The notes beneath the pieces were generated by a model. That model was given only the letters and a program-made list of their open reading frames with translations, made no database searches and was not told where the DNA came from. The translations under genes were made by a program, and so were the position numbers. Positions 1 through 10,556 of a stretch of DNA of 64,000 nucleotides are shown here, piece by piece. The stretch comes from Cyanobacteria bacterium P01_A01_bin.123 (lineage in GTDB: Bacteria > Cyanobacteriota > Cyanobacteriia > Phormidesmidales > Phormidesmidaceae). Where the stretch lies: assembly GCA_039815185.1 (NCBI GenBank), contig JBCBZT010000004.1, forward strand, positions 1 to 64,000. Direction: 5' to 3'. Numbering within the stretch: position 1 is the stretch's first letter; every line of letters starts with the position of its first letter.

Positions 1-378
1 AGCTGCGCTTCGATGATTTCAAGGGAACGCACATACAACGGTTCCGCTTCCCCGTAGCGACCCATCGATCGATACAGCTCTGCCAAATTATTCAGACTCG
101 TCCCCGTATCCGGATGCTCGGCTCCCAGCTGCGCTTCGATGATTTCAAGGGAACGCACATACAACGGTTCCGCTTCCCCGTAGCGACCCATCGATCGATA
201 CAGCTCTGCCAAATTATTCAGACTCGTCCCCGTATCCGGATGCTCGGCTCCCAACTGCGCTTCGCGGATTTCTAGGGCGCGCACATACAATGGTTCCGTT
301 TCCCCGTAGCGACCCATCGATCGATACAACCCAGCCAAATTATTCAGACTCGCCGCCGTGGACGGATGCTCGGCTCCA
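1..378 (-). repeat. Tandem 126-bp TPR-coding repeats (3 units visible; first two identical)
   Basis: 1-126 and 127-252 match base for base; 253-378 is a diverged copy. Confidence 0.95.
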
Positions 379-1727
379 AAGCGCCGTTCTGTCATCGTTA
401 GGCAGGCTTGCTTCCAGCGTTCAGCTTCGAGCCAAAGGCTCTGGCTTTCATAAAACCAACCCAATCCTACAAACGGCCAAATTGCATCCGTACTGTCGTC
501 GATCACAAGGCTCAAATCTGTAGCAACCCTAGCCATATGAGGTATTACGATATCTAGCCGCTGCTGCATTGACACAGTAACAGTCTGTGGAATTTGCTGA
601 GCGATGCTAACTAACACTTGAGCCACTCCTTTTTGCAATACCAGCGTTTGCTCGGCCAGTTCAGTTTTCAGCTTTTCAGCAATAAACTCCCGCACCAACT
701 GATGCAACTGATAACTGCCGTCCCGGTCACTTTGCAACAGGTTGCGATGCACCAACACCCCATCTAACCCATCTTCCAAGTCTTCCTCATCCCAATCGGG
801 CAGGGTCTTCGCTATCAGCTCTTGAGGAATCGGGTCTGGCGCAAATAAGCTAATTGCCGCGGCCAGCGTTTTAGCGTCCGCCTCCAAGTCTTGCCAACTC
901 AACTCAAAAGCAGCTTGCAGTGGCCCTTCATAATCCTCTGGATCGTCGGGTAGTTGCTCATAGGCTATTTCCCCAGGGGTTTGCTTAAACGCTTTGGTTT
1001 GCAGTCGTTTATTTTTTAGACGATCTTGCAACTTGGCAAAGCTCAAAATCGGATGCAGCGCCAAATAACGCCCGATCAGTTCAATGCCCAGCGGCAACCG
1101 CCCTACCCACTCACACAGCCCTTCCGCCTCAACCTGCTGTGTTTGCACCCGCGCTGGGTCATCGATCAACGTCGTCAACAGTTCCATGGCTTCACCCAGC
1201 GGTAAAACCCCCAGATCTAACCGATCAACAGGTTTACCGAACCGCTGCCGCGACGTCATTAACACCTTGAAGCTGGCATCGTCCGTGGGCAAGTAGGCTT
1301 TGACATCGCCATAGCTCTGCACATCATCCAGCAACAGCAACCGCTCCCCCGGAAACGCCGCCCGCCATTGGTCAAAACACCACCGCACCCGCGCCCGGTC
1401 ATCCGGCAACTCATCCGGCAGTTGCCAACCAAACACCGCTACCGCTGAGACGATTTGGGTAACTAGGCCGCGATCGCGCACCTTAAAATACCACCGCCCC
1501 CCTGGGTAGACATCTTTGTAGCGTCTTACATACTGCTGGGCCAACGCCGTTTTGCCAATACCCCCCATGCCTGCCACCGCAGCAATAGCCACTGGCCGCT
1601 CACCCTGAAGCTTAGAATGCAACGTTCCCAGCTCAATTTGCCGCCCCACAAACGGGCTGGCAATTAAATTCTCAAGTCCATAATCTGGGGTGCTTTTCTT
1701 TGGCGGTTCCCGTCCCGTCGTCTGAAG
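1..1727 (-). CDS. NB-ARC (STAND ATPase) + TPR repeat protein, NLR-like; runs off left edge; no clear own start codon
   Basis: Manual translation of minus frame after TAG 1730-1728: ...PFVGRQIEL...VAGMGGIGKTALAQQY (P-loop), later LLLLDDV (Walker B), GRLPLGIEL; same frame gives 42-aa TPRs (HPDTGTSLNNLAELYRSMGRYGEAEPLY). Absent from the ORF track, consistent with no stop inside the window. Confidence 0.88.
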
Positions 1728-2216
1728 CTAACCTTGATCCGTTGATGAGTTGCCAAAGTTAATCGTAGGATTCCCTTGAATCTGGATAACGGGTTGTTCT
1801 TGCTTATCGATTAGGACGCCTTGCCCGCCGCTAAAAATTTGTTGGACGTTTTTGGCTTTGACCTCATCAATATTGACGATCACCTGATGAATTTCGCCAG
1901 CTAATTGCTCAGTTTGTTGAGTAAAGTCATCATTCTGCTCAAGCTCTTTGTCGAGGTAATCTCGCAAGATGGCAATGTCGTTGCTTGAGCCTTTAGCCGC
2001 CGCCTCTAGCCGCTGATCAACCCCAGGCTTGCCCCTAAAGCATCGCTGCCAGATTAAATTTCCAAGCTGCTGTACTTTTTCATTGAACTTCGTTACCGCC
2101 GCTTCACCCAGCTTAGTGGCGGTTTCTTCAAGCTTTTTGCCCGCCCCCTCATAAAATTTGTCGAGCACAATTTTAGCGATCGCAGTCGCAGCAGCAAGGG
2201 AAAGGGCATCTAGCAT
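1728..2216 (-). CDS. Small helical protein (Bell-like effector candidate) with Q/N/G-rich C-terminal tail
   Basis: Hydrophobic N-terminal helix (LSLAAATAIAKIVLDKFYEGAG), helical body, tail QQIFSGGQGVLID...VIQIQGNPTINFGN; lies directly upstream of the NB-ARC frame. Confidence 0.75.
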   Translation of the reverse strand: MLDALSLAAATAIAKIVLDKFYEGAGKKLEETATKLGEAAVTKFNEKVQQLGNLIWQRCFRGKPGVDQRLEAAAKGSSNDIAILRDYLDKELEQNDDFTQQTEQLAGEIHQVIVNIDEVKAKNVQQIFSGGQGVLIDKQEQPVIQIQGNPTINFGNSSTDQG

Positions 2217-2286
2217 CGGAAAGATTCGGTAAGGGCAATTACCCCTCTGTTTTAACCCCCGGCTTAGCCCCCTGTCGATACTGCGA

Positions 2287-2384
2287 TAGGGTGCTGGCCA
2301 GATTGTTCAATGCACCGAGTATCGCTGGGGTGCTGAGTATGAAAACAATCTAACTCGCAGTAGCACACAAAGCATTGTGGCTAC
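2287..2384 (-). repeat. ~100-bp dispersed hairpin repeat, copy A (inverted relative to B and C)
   Basis: Reverse complement reads GTAGCCACAATGCTTTGTGTGCTAC...CAGCGATACTCGGTGCATTGAACAATCTGGCCAGCAC, matching 21705-21808 and 32821-32918. Confidence 0.8.
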
Positions 2385-2495
2385 TGCTGTATACCCCGTA
2401 AGGGTAATATTTCTTAGGCATCCGGAAACTATTCGCAGCGCATCGGATGTCTTAAAATCTAGGACCCTGCCCCCTCGCCTCTGGGAGCTTGCAGT

Positions 2496-3521
2496 ATGAA
2501 TTTGCACTCTGATCAGACTCAGCCAACCCATCAATCCCGCCTATCATTCTGCAACTGGATAATGGGATTAGGACTGGCTGTCTCTGTCAGTCTGCTCAAT
2601 ACGGGTCAAGGCATAGCCCAAGCTAATGAACTGACACGAGCAGAATTCTATCGAATCCAAAATGAAGTTGAGCTGGATCCCGATCAGCAACCCCCTCGCC
2701 CCGCAGCTTTAGCTGATCCGTTTCTGCCTCGTGATACCGTTCGCACCGGCAGTCGATCGCGAACTGAGCTGTTGTTTAACGAAGGCTCTCTAGCCCGGAT
2801 TGGGGCAGAATCTATATTCAGATTTGTGCCCGGTATGCGCGCCTACCAGTTGCCCGATGGGTCAACCCGCGCAGAGGCGATATTGCAGCTAGAGCAGGGG
2901 ATTGCTTTAGTCATGGGGCCTCCTGGCAGCATCACCAACCAGGTGCAAACCCCAGAAGCCGAGATTACGATCGCGGCTGCCGATCTCCCAGATGCAGGCC
3001 CCGTGCCATTGTCAACTACGGCTGTGGTGATTGTGCATTCACCGTCCCTGGGCAAGACCAGTGTGTTCAACCTGACTCAAAATCCCGTTGTCATCACCAC
3101 TCCCGACGGTACTGAAACTGACGTGATCGAGGCAGGTGAAACCTTGAGCATCACTAACGGAGAACTCGGGCCAGTAGAAACGTTTGATTTAAATCGCTTT
3201 TATCAAACCAGTGGCCTAGCCGTCGGCTTAGGCCCCGATCAAGCTGAACAGGTGAATGACGAAAGTGCTCAAGTCCAAGACGTTCTCAACCAGATTCGGG
3301 CAGAAACTGTAGCCGCCGCGAACGATCAGTTGGCGCAACTTGACGGGTTCTGCAATCCAGATCAAGCTGCGACTCATGACTGCGTAACGACCGACGATAA
3401 CTCCCTAACCACGTTTGAAGACGAGCGCGAAATGATCACAGACACGGGGGCTGATGACGGTGGGAGTGGAGTACCCGGTGGAGGCTCCGGCACGCCTCCA
3501 GGTTCAGCCCCAACCCCCTGA
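2496..3521 (+). CDS. FecR-domain secreted protein
   Basis: Signal-like N-terminus; FecR motif DTVRTGSRSRTELLFNEGSLARIG; G/P-rich C-terminus. Confidence 0.8.
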   Translation: MNLHSDQTQPTHQSRLSFCNWIMGLGLAVSVSLLNTGQGIAQANELTRAEFYRIQNEVELDPDQQPPRPAALADPFLPRDTVRTGSRSRTELLFNEGSLARIGAESIFRFVPGMRAYQLPDGSTRAEAILQLEQGIALVMGPPGSITNQVQTPEAEITIAAADLPDAGPVPLSTTAVVIVHSPSLGKTSVFNLTQNPVVITTPDGTETDVIEAGETLSITNGELGPVETFDLNRFYQTSGLAVGLGPDQAEQVNDESAQVQDVLNQIRAETVAAANDQLAQLDGFCNPDQAATHDCVTTDDNSLTTFEDEREMITDTGADDGGSGVPGGGSGTPPGSAPTP

Positions 3522-4884
3522 TGTGCCCCAATTTGACCCACTGAGAACCATGATTCCTTGTGCACTGCCCCCCTGCGAAATCACAACACCGCCCCCCATA
3601 GTGGAGCCTCCTATAGCAGAGGCCGCGATCGCCTCGACGACGCCTCAACCAGAATCAATGGCAACGCCTCCAGCCCCCCCAGCAACACCGGAGGTTTCCC
3701 TCAAGCCTCAATGGAGTGGATCCCCAACTCAGTCTGTCAGGACAGCTGCAAAGGAAAAGGAAGAATCACCCCAAGCCCCGGCTGACAAAACATCAGTGTC
3801 GCTTTCCGAAATCGAAACCCGTTTGGCATCTGAAGTACCTGCTCCAGCAGCGATCGCCGCCAATCCCGCCACGACACAAGCACCCATACCGCCTCAAAAT
3901 GCCCCGGCTGATGTGGAACCGCTTCCAGATGCGATCGCCATCCGCCACACCACACCCAAGCTAGCACCGACCGCCCCCCTAGAACTTCCTGAGCACGTTC
4001 TAGCTCAGGCTGAAACCAATCCCCCAGCCGACTTTGACCCGGTGCCAGGGCCGCAAACATCACCCCTTGAAATCGAGCCGGACACTAGCGAAGAAGCGGT
4101 TGACGAAGCAGACATTAGCGAAGATGACCTGGGTGAGATCCTGATCTTGCAACCCAGAGCGCCAACGTCGCCTCGACCGCCAACCGCCCAGCTTTTAGTG
4201 CAGGGGTCTGCCTTCGCCAGCACCAACATTACTGGACTAGAGACACCCAGCACGGGGGGCTATCTTTTAGGCAGTGGCGCCACGCTGTTGCTAACGCCCC
4301 CCCTGGGGCCAAGCACTCGTTTGGTAGCTTCAGCAGGGGCGGGGCTAACGCGTTTTCCCAATACTGGGTCTTCTAATTACGATGCCTTTGACTTCTCTGT
4401 AGGTATTCAACAGCAGCTCAATCCCAACATGTTTGGCAGCATTGGTTGGGAGCATCGGCGACTTTATCGGGCAGGCAGCGGTGAACAACTCTCGTCTACC
4501 CATGCCGCCAACCTGACGATTGGGCGGCAGGATCAGTTTTCTGACCGTTTACGACTGGATTCTTTCTATCGGCTGCGGGCCAATTTCGTCAGCCCGGATG
4601 ATTTCAGTCGCCTCACCAATAGTCTGGGGGCCAATTTACGCTATGCCCTCAGTCCCCAGGTTGAGGGGCTGGTAGGGTATCAGCTTTCCCTAGAAGACTA
4701 CACTCGGGTTGCGCGGTTTGACACAAACCATCGCTTCCGGGCAGGCATTACCTACCGTCCCCGTCCGGATCTCTATGTGTCTGGGTTGGCTTCCTACGTG
4801 CTGGGGTCTTCCTCAGATGACACCATATCTGCCGACGGACTTTCGGTAGGGCTGGTATTCGGCTTCAATTTACCCCTGTTTTAG
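3454..4884 (+). CDS. Pro-rich linker + C-terminal outer-membrane beta-barrel protein
   Basis: C-terminal ~230 aa of alternating aromatic/hydrophobic strands ending FNLPLF (terminal Phe); start uncertain, no evident signal peptide. Confidence 0.65.
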   Translation: MTVGVEYPVEAPARLQVQPQPPDVPQFDPLRTMIPCALPPCEITTPPPIVEPPIAEAAIASTTPQPESMATPPAPPATPEVSLKPQWSGSPTQSVRTAAKEKEESPQAPADKTSVSLSEIETRLASEVPAPAAIAANPATTQAPIPPQNAPADVEPLPDAIAIRHTTPKLAPTAPLELPEHVLAQAETNPPADFDPVPGPQTSPLEIEPDTSEEAVDEADISEDDLGEILILQPRAPTSPRPPTAQLLVQGSAFASTNITGLETPSTGGYLLGSGATLLLTPPLGPSTRLVASAGAGLTRFPNTGSSNYDAFDFSVGIQQQLNPNMFGSIGWEHRRLYRAGSGEQLSSTHAANLTIGRQDQFSDRLRLDSFYRLRANFVSPDDFSRLTNSLGANLRYALSPQVEGLVGYQLSLEDYTRVARFDTNHRFRAGITYRPRPDLYVSGLASYVLGSSSDDTISADGLSVGLVFGFNLPLF

Positions 4885-4924
4885 TGATGTAGCGCTGGTG
4901 TAAGTAACAATTAGAACCGACACC

Positions 4925-5317
4925 TCATGGAATAAACAGACGGCTTACTCCCAAGTAGTTTTCAATAGACAGCACAATATCAGCAAGACGTGCACTACAC
5001 TGCTCTCGATATTCTCGCTCAATCAATCGATCTAAATTTCCAATCGTAATCACAGGCAGAGAGGTAGAAGTGGCTTCTTCGCGAATGGTTTGTTCCAATG
5101 AATCCTTGCCTTTTGCATTTCGGTTTGCAGTTAACAGCAGCATTTGATTAGATTGTGCAAACTGCCAGATAATTCGATCATTGCTGTCAGTAGCCAGTCC
5201 AGCCTCTTTCAGCGTCACGAAACGAATTGAGAGAAGATCAAGCCAACCTTCAGCAGCTAGAGTTCCTTGAAACAAAACGATATAACCGGTCAAATTGTAA
5301 TCAACCAGAATAATCAT
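4925..5317 (-). CDS. DUF5615-like PIN-domain toxin
   Basis: MIILVDYNL...DRIIWQFAQSNQMLLLTANR pattern; 4-bp overlap with the DUF433 gene. Confidence 0.75.
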   Translation of the reverse strand: MIILVDYNLTGYIVLFQGTLAAEGWLDLLSIRFVTLKEAGLATDSNDRIIWQFAQSNQMLLLTANRNAKGKDSLEQTIREEATSTSLPVITIGNLDRLIEREYREQCSARLADIVLSIENYLGVSRLFIP

Positions 5318-5688
5318 GCAGTTAGTCCAAGCTTCGCTTTCCAGGCTTGAAGCTTGGCATAAATATCTTCCTGCCCTGGCTTTGGAGGCAATTTGGCAAT
5401 TTGGGTCAAACGCTCTCGATTTTTGCCTTCCCAGTATTTCCTCATCTCTTGAGTTTCTTGTAAAACTAATCGATATTCTGCTTCTACCTCAGTGTGATTA
5501 GCATCAATGTAGGAGAGTGCCGCATTGAGTTCTTCTTCTGTCAACGGGAGCCAATTCATAATCAGCTTGGGTGTCCAGCCCGCGACGAGATGATCCATCA
5601 CGTCATAGATAGTGATGCGTGTGCCCGCTATTGTCAGTCCCCGCTCTGTGCGGATGATGGTTACTTGGCCACTGGATGCCGGAGTCAT
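5314..5688 (-). CDS. DUF433 antitoxin
   Basis: IAGTRITIYDVM...LTEEELNAALSY signature. Confidence 0.85.
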   Translation of the reverse strand: MTPASSGQVTIIRTERGLTIAGTRITIYDVMDHLVAGWTPKLIMNWLPLTEEELNAALSYIDANHTEVEAEYRLVLQETQEMRKYWEGKNRERLTQIAKLPPKPGQEDIYAKLQAWKAKLGLTA

Positions 5689-5767
5689 GGCATAACTTCC
5701 CAGAACTTGCTTACCTCAATCGTATCTTACGGAGAAAGTAGAGCTTGCTTTCACCAGTAATCTTGCA

Positions 5768-6919
5768 GCTAAAACCTCCATCTCGGTCACGGGCACGATT
5801 CAGCCTGAGGTGCTGAAAGACTTGATGGGTGCTGGGGATGCAGACGGCTTCTGGTCACGCTTCTTATGGGTAAGGTTACCCTTGAGACGCCTCCCGGCTC
5901 CCGATGATGGCCCCAAAATTGATTTAACCACCTGGCTGCATTCTACCTATCAACGCCTGGAGCAAGTTCCAGCTAAATCCTTCCGGCTCTCGACTGCGGC
6001 GCGAGCAACATGGCGACGCTGGCATGAGTGGATCGAGGACAAACGACTGAGCGCTGAAATTCCTGTGGAACGGGTACTGTATCCCAAATATCGCGATCGC
6101 GCTGGGAGAGTTGCGCTCATTGCCCATTGCCTCGAATATGCCAGTCAGGGGATAGAGGTACCCGAGGAAATCTCGAACGAGACCTTGGAGGCAGCAATTT
6201 CATTCACGACCTTTTGTCTGAATCAAACTCGATTACTGTACGCAGACATTGGTCTGTCGTCAGAACTGACAGGAAATCTTTTGAGAACTTGGCAGTTCAT
6301 TGAAGATAAAGGTTTATCAGAAATTACGCCCAGTGACCTACAGCGCTGGAAGCGGATTAAGATTGGGCCAAAGGACTACGCTAAAACGTCCCAATGTCGG
6401 GAGCTATTGGAGCAACTGACCCAGCTAGGCTACCTGGCTAAATTAGACAACACGTTCTGTGTGGTTGAGAAGCTTTCAACAATTGAAACTCCGATTGAAA
6501 ATATTTCAACACCTTCAAACGTATATATATCAAGTGATAGAAGGCAGTTCGTTGAAAAGTTGAAAAACTCCCCACCCTTACCTCGACAGGTATCTCTCTG
6601 TGGAGTTGAGCCCCTTTCAAGGGTGGGAACTTCGGTTGAAGCGTCTTCAAGGTTTTTAGAGGAAGACAAACCAGAGATTAGTGAGCAGTGTGTAAATACT
6701 TTGAAAAATGACTACAGAGAAATCGAACAGTTCATGGCAACGGTTCTCGATTCTGGCGAAACAACAGCGATCTCTGATGTTCTGGAAATGCTTAAAGGGC
6801 TAGCGGCTAACGAGCAAGCAGGTTTTTGGCAATGGCTAACGACCCATAATCAAACCCTCAAGGCTCAACTCAGTAGCCACCAGACTTTTCCTCAAGCAAC
6901 GGTTCGGGAGGTGAGGTAG
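5768..6919 (+). pseudogene. 5'-truncated DUF3987-like replication protein of an integrative element
   Basis: Frame upstream of GTG5810 reads KTSISVTGTIQPEVL, then DADGFWSRFLW and RAGRVALIAHCL (DUF3987 C-terminal motifs); N-terminal part missing. Confidence 0.65.
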
Positions 6920-7219
6920 ATGGATGCTCATGAGGTTACACAACTCGTCCGAGCTGAGGTCAAGCGGGTTCTTGCAGAGATGTTGGGGGTCGCTAATCAA
7001 CCTGAGCCAGAGACGTTGCCGTTGCAAAAAGCTGTGACTGTTTTAGGCTACGATAGCGTTCGCCAAATCTACAAAGACATTGAGAATGGCCTCCTCAGAG
7101 TCGGCATTGAAGTCCAAGATCGGCGCAGACTGGGCACTCAAAAAGCGAGGTATTACATCAACATTCCGGCGACTCGGAAGCGTCTTCAGAGTCCTCCTGA
7201 GAAACGCCGGGGGCTTTAG
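6920..7219 (+). CDS. Small DNA-binding protein, putative excisionase/RDF
   Basis: 99 aa, basic, HTH-like AVTVLGYDSVRQIYKDIENG; GAGG upstream; convergent with the integrase. Confidence 0.65.
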   Translation: MDAHEVTQLVRAEVKRVLAEMLGVANQPEPETLPLQKAVTVLGYDSVRQIYKDIENGLLRVGIEVQDRRRLGTQKARYYINIPATRKRLQSPPEKRRGL

Positions 7220-8306
7220 GCCCAGAGGCAATTGCACGATTGTAGGCAGCTTGCTGTTCTGCTGCCGATAGCCACCGATGGTAGGTCGCTGTATGCACCG
7301 CAACAGAATGACCCATCATTCGAGCCGCGATACTTGAAGTTAGGTCAAATTTGATACAACGCACAGCATAAGCGTGGCGAAGATCATAGGCGACAAACGG
7401 TAACTGGTACATTTTGAGTTGATGTGCAACTTGGAGTCCGTAACGCTGAAAATCTGGTGTTCCATCTTCATGCAGATATTTCAGTTGGGGAGGTTTCCCT
7501 TCCAATATGTTCCATTCCTTTACCCATTCAGGGTAGAGAGCTGAAGTTTGGCGAGGCCCTGTTTTGCCATCTAAGACATTCCAGACAAGTGGATTTTCGG
7601 TAGGTTTTAGGAAAAAAGCCTCATGGGGACGCACGCCCAGGCAAGCAATCACACTGTAAAGCCAGCGCCACGAAGGGTTTGGAATCTTTGAGAAAAAGCC
7701 AGCAATGGTTTCGTCGCTTGGTAATTCTCTAGGAACTTCCGAACGCCCAGTTTGATATTTGCCTCTATATGGAGATAAATCTATTGAAATTCCAGCGTAT
7801 TCAGCCAGACGTTGAAAGTAGCCAGTTGTCCGCTGACGTTCTCGAGTATTTTCTTGAGTTGTGAGCAAAGCACTAAGGATATTTTCAGCAGTCAGGGGAT
7901 TGTTCTGCGGTAAACGGTTGTAAGCTTTTTGCCAATGCCTTTTCCAAGTCTTCTCAGAACATTTACCGCTTTTCAGCCAGTACTGACGAAACTCGTCTGT
8001 CCATTCCTGGACAGTGCGTTCCTCACGAGAAGTTTTGCCTAACCAGGGAGCCCAGTCAAATGTCCCTTCTTCAACCATTGCCCACAAGGTTTGTGCTAAC
8101 TTCTCAGCCTTCTTGAGCCCCTTTTGAGTAGCAGGCAAGCCTCCCCGAGGATGCGTGACATCCTGACGATGGGGTTTAACTTTGATCGAGTCAGGTTTTG
8201 GCGGCAGAACAAGGCGTAGATAGAGCCACTTGTTGACCTCCTTGACAGTTACGCGGATACCAAGGCTTCGAAGGCGAGCATTCGTTTCGTTTAGATTCAG
8301 ATCCAT
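7158..8306 (-). CDS. Tyrosine recombinase / phage-type integrase
   Basis: GVRPHE (R), YDLRHAYA (HxxR region), MMGHS...H...Y catalytic motifs; likely start MDLNL at 8306. Confidence 0.92.
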   Translation of the reverse strand: MDLNLNETNARLRSLGIRVTVKEVNKWLYLRLVLPPKPDSIKVKPHRQDVTHPRGGLPATQKGLKKAEKLAQTLWAMVEEGTFDWAPWLGKTSREERTVQEWTDEFRQYWLKSGKCSEKTWKRHWQKAYNRLPQNNPLTAENILSALLTTQENTRERQRTTGYFQRLAEYAGISIDLSPYRGKYQTGRSEVPRELPSDETIAGFFSKIPNPSWRWLYSVIACLGVRPHEAFFLKPTENPLVWNVLDGKTGPRQTSALYPEWVKEWNILEGKPPQLKYLHEDGTPDFQRYGLQVAHQLKMYQLPFVAYDLRHAYAVRCIKFDLTSSIAARMMGHSVAVHTATYHRWLSAAEQQAAYNRAIASGPKAPGVSQEDSEDASESPEC

Positions 8307-8325
8307 GTGACAGCTACCTCTAACC

Positions 8326-8378
8326 ATTCACCATATATTCACCACATTACTGGTGAAAATCAGGAAAAAATGGTGAAT
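8326..8378. promoter_or_regulatory. Cluster of TTCACCA motifs, putative integrase arm-type binding sites
   Basis: ATTCACCA at 8326 and 8337; inverted TGGTGAA at 8351 and 8371; located between int start and tRNA. Confidence 0.55.
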
Positions 8379-8440
8379 GCTGAACTGTCTAAATTGACAA
8401 ATTTCACGCCTGAAAAGCCTGAAACCATTGACTTAAAGGA

Positions 8441-8514
8441 CGGGACTGGCGCGATTCGAACGCGCGACCTACCGCTTAGGAGGCGGTTGCTCTATCCAGC
8501 TGAGCTACAGCCCC
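8441..8514 (-). tRNA. tRNA-Arg(CCT)
   Basis: GGGGCTGTAGCTCAGCTGGATAGAGCAACCGCCT-CCT-AAGCGGTAGGTCGCGCGTTCGAATCGCGCCAGTCCCG cloverleaf. Confidence 0.96.
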
Positions 8515-8637
8515 AGAGCCATTTGGCATCAATCAAAATATACACCGAGGGTTTAAGACCGCCCAGGCAAGATCAAGAAACTTTTAGCAAATACCGAAGC
8601 CATCAATCTCATAAGAGTGAGCCATAGAGATAAGGAA

Positions 8638-9771
<1,134 letters not shown>

Positions 9772-9786
9772 TTAGCGTTTTGCACT

Positions 9787-10104
9787 TTGATAAAACGAGC
9801 GATACCCGAGAGAACAATGCCGCTTCAAACAGCAAGATTCGAATTGTCTGCGCTTCAGCTTGATGACCTTGAACCTGTTGTGAGATTGCGCACAGATGCC
9901 CAAGTTCGCCGCTTTTTGGGTGGGCCTGTCAATGGATTGAATTATTTGAGCCTGACACGAGTCGTTGCAGAGACCCAAGCGGCCAATGTTGCCTCGTGCC
10001 AACTTCTGGAGCGGCTTGGGATGCGTTTGGAACGTACTGTAGAGCGGTTCGGAGCAGGACAAGCTATCTATGGGGTAGATAATTCTGCCATCAAACGAGA
10101 CTGA
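9787..10104 (+). pseudogene. Internally deleted RimJ/RimL GNAT acetyltransferase
   Basis: N-terminal LQTARFELSAL joined directly to C-terminal VVAETQAANVASCQLLERLGM; central region missing. Confidence 0.6.
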
Positions 10105-10162
10105 GGGGGTTAGGATGCTTTTGTAGGGACCCGATGACTTGCCACTGCATCGATTGACAGCC

Positions 10163-10547
10163 ATGCCTCGATCTACCATTCTTCAACCCGATCAGTCCTA
10201 CACGTTTCGGAGTTATTACGAAATGCCCTACGAGCCAGAGGACATTTTGGCTGAGTTGGGATATCGATTATTATCTCTATTCGCAAGCTCAAGTGTTGGT
10301 GGTTGAAGCCAAGAATGCAGATCTCGCCAAAGGTTTTACCCAGCTTTCGGCAGAGTTAATTGCCCTTGACCAATGGATTACAGGCAATCAACCCTTACTG
10401 TTAGGCGCAGTTACAACGGGCGATATTTGGCAGTTTGGCCAGCTTAATCGTGCAAAGAAGCAAATCACACAAAATACAAAGCTCTATGTTGTCCCTGATG
10501 ATTTAGAGACTTTGATGAGGATTTTAATTCGTGCAATTTTGGCCTAA
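10163..10547 (+). pseudogene. Frameshifted/deleted PD-(D/E)xK nuclease-fold cyanobacterial protein
   Basis: MPRSTILQPDQSYTFRSYYEMPYEPEDILAELGY from ATG10163; LVVEAKNADL..GFTQL...GAVTTGDIWQF follows in another frame. Confidence 0.6.
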
Positions 10548-10556
10548 CCATGAAGA

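Larger units (their letters stand above)
5749..8440. mobile_element. Remnant of tRNA-Arg-integrated element (int-xis-rep)
   Basis: Integrase abuts the tRNA 3' end, with xis-like and DUF3987-like genes; no second att copy of the tRNA 3' end found, so left boundary uncertain. Confidence 0.7.

Noticed and set aside
1..378. Regular repeats as a CRISPR array
   Set aside because: Contiguous 126-bp in-frame units without spacers; they encode TPRs.
1..8440. Second att site (duplicate of the tRNA-Arg 3' end)
   Set aside because: No copy of CGGGACTGGCGCGATTCGAA found by eye; boundary left undefined.
8307..8627. 106-aa ORF
   Set aside because: Antisense across tRNA-Arg; spurious.
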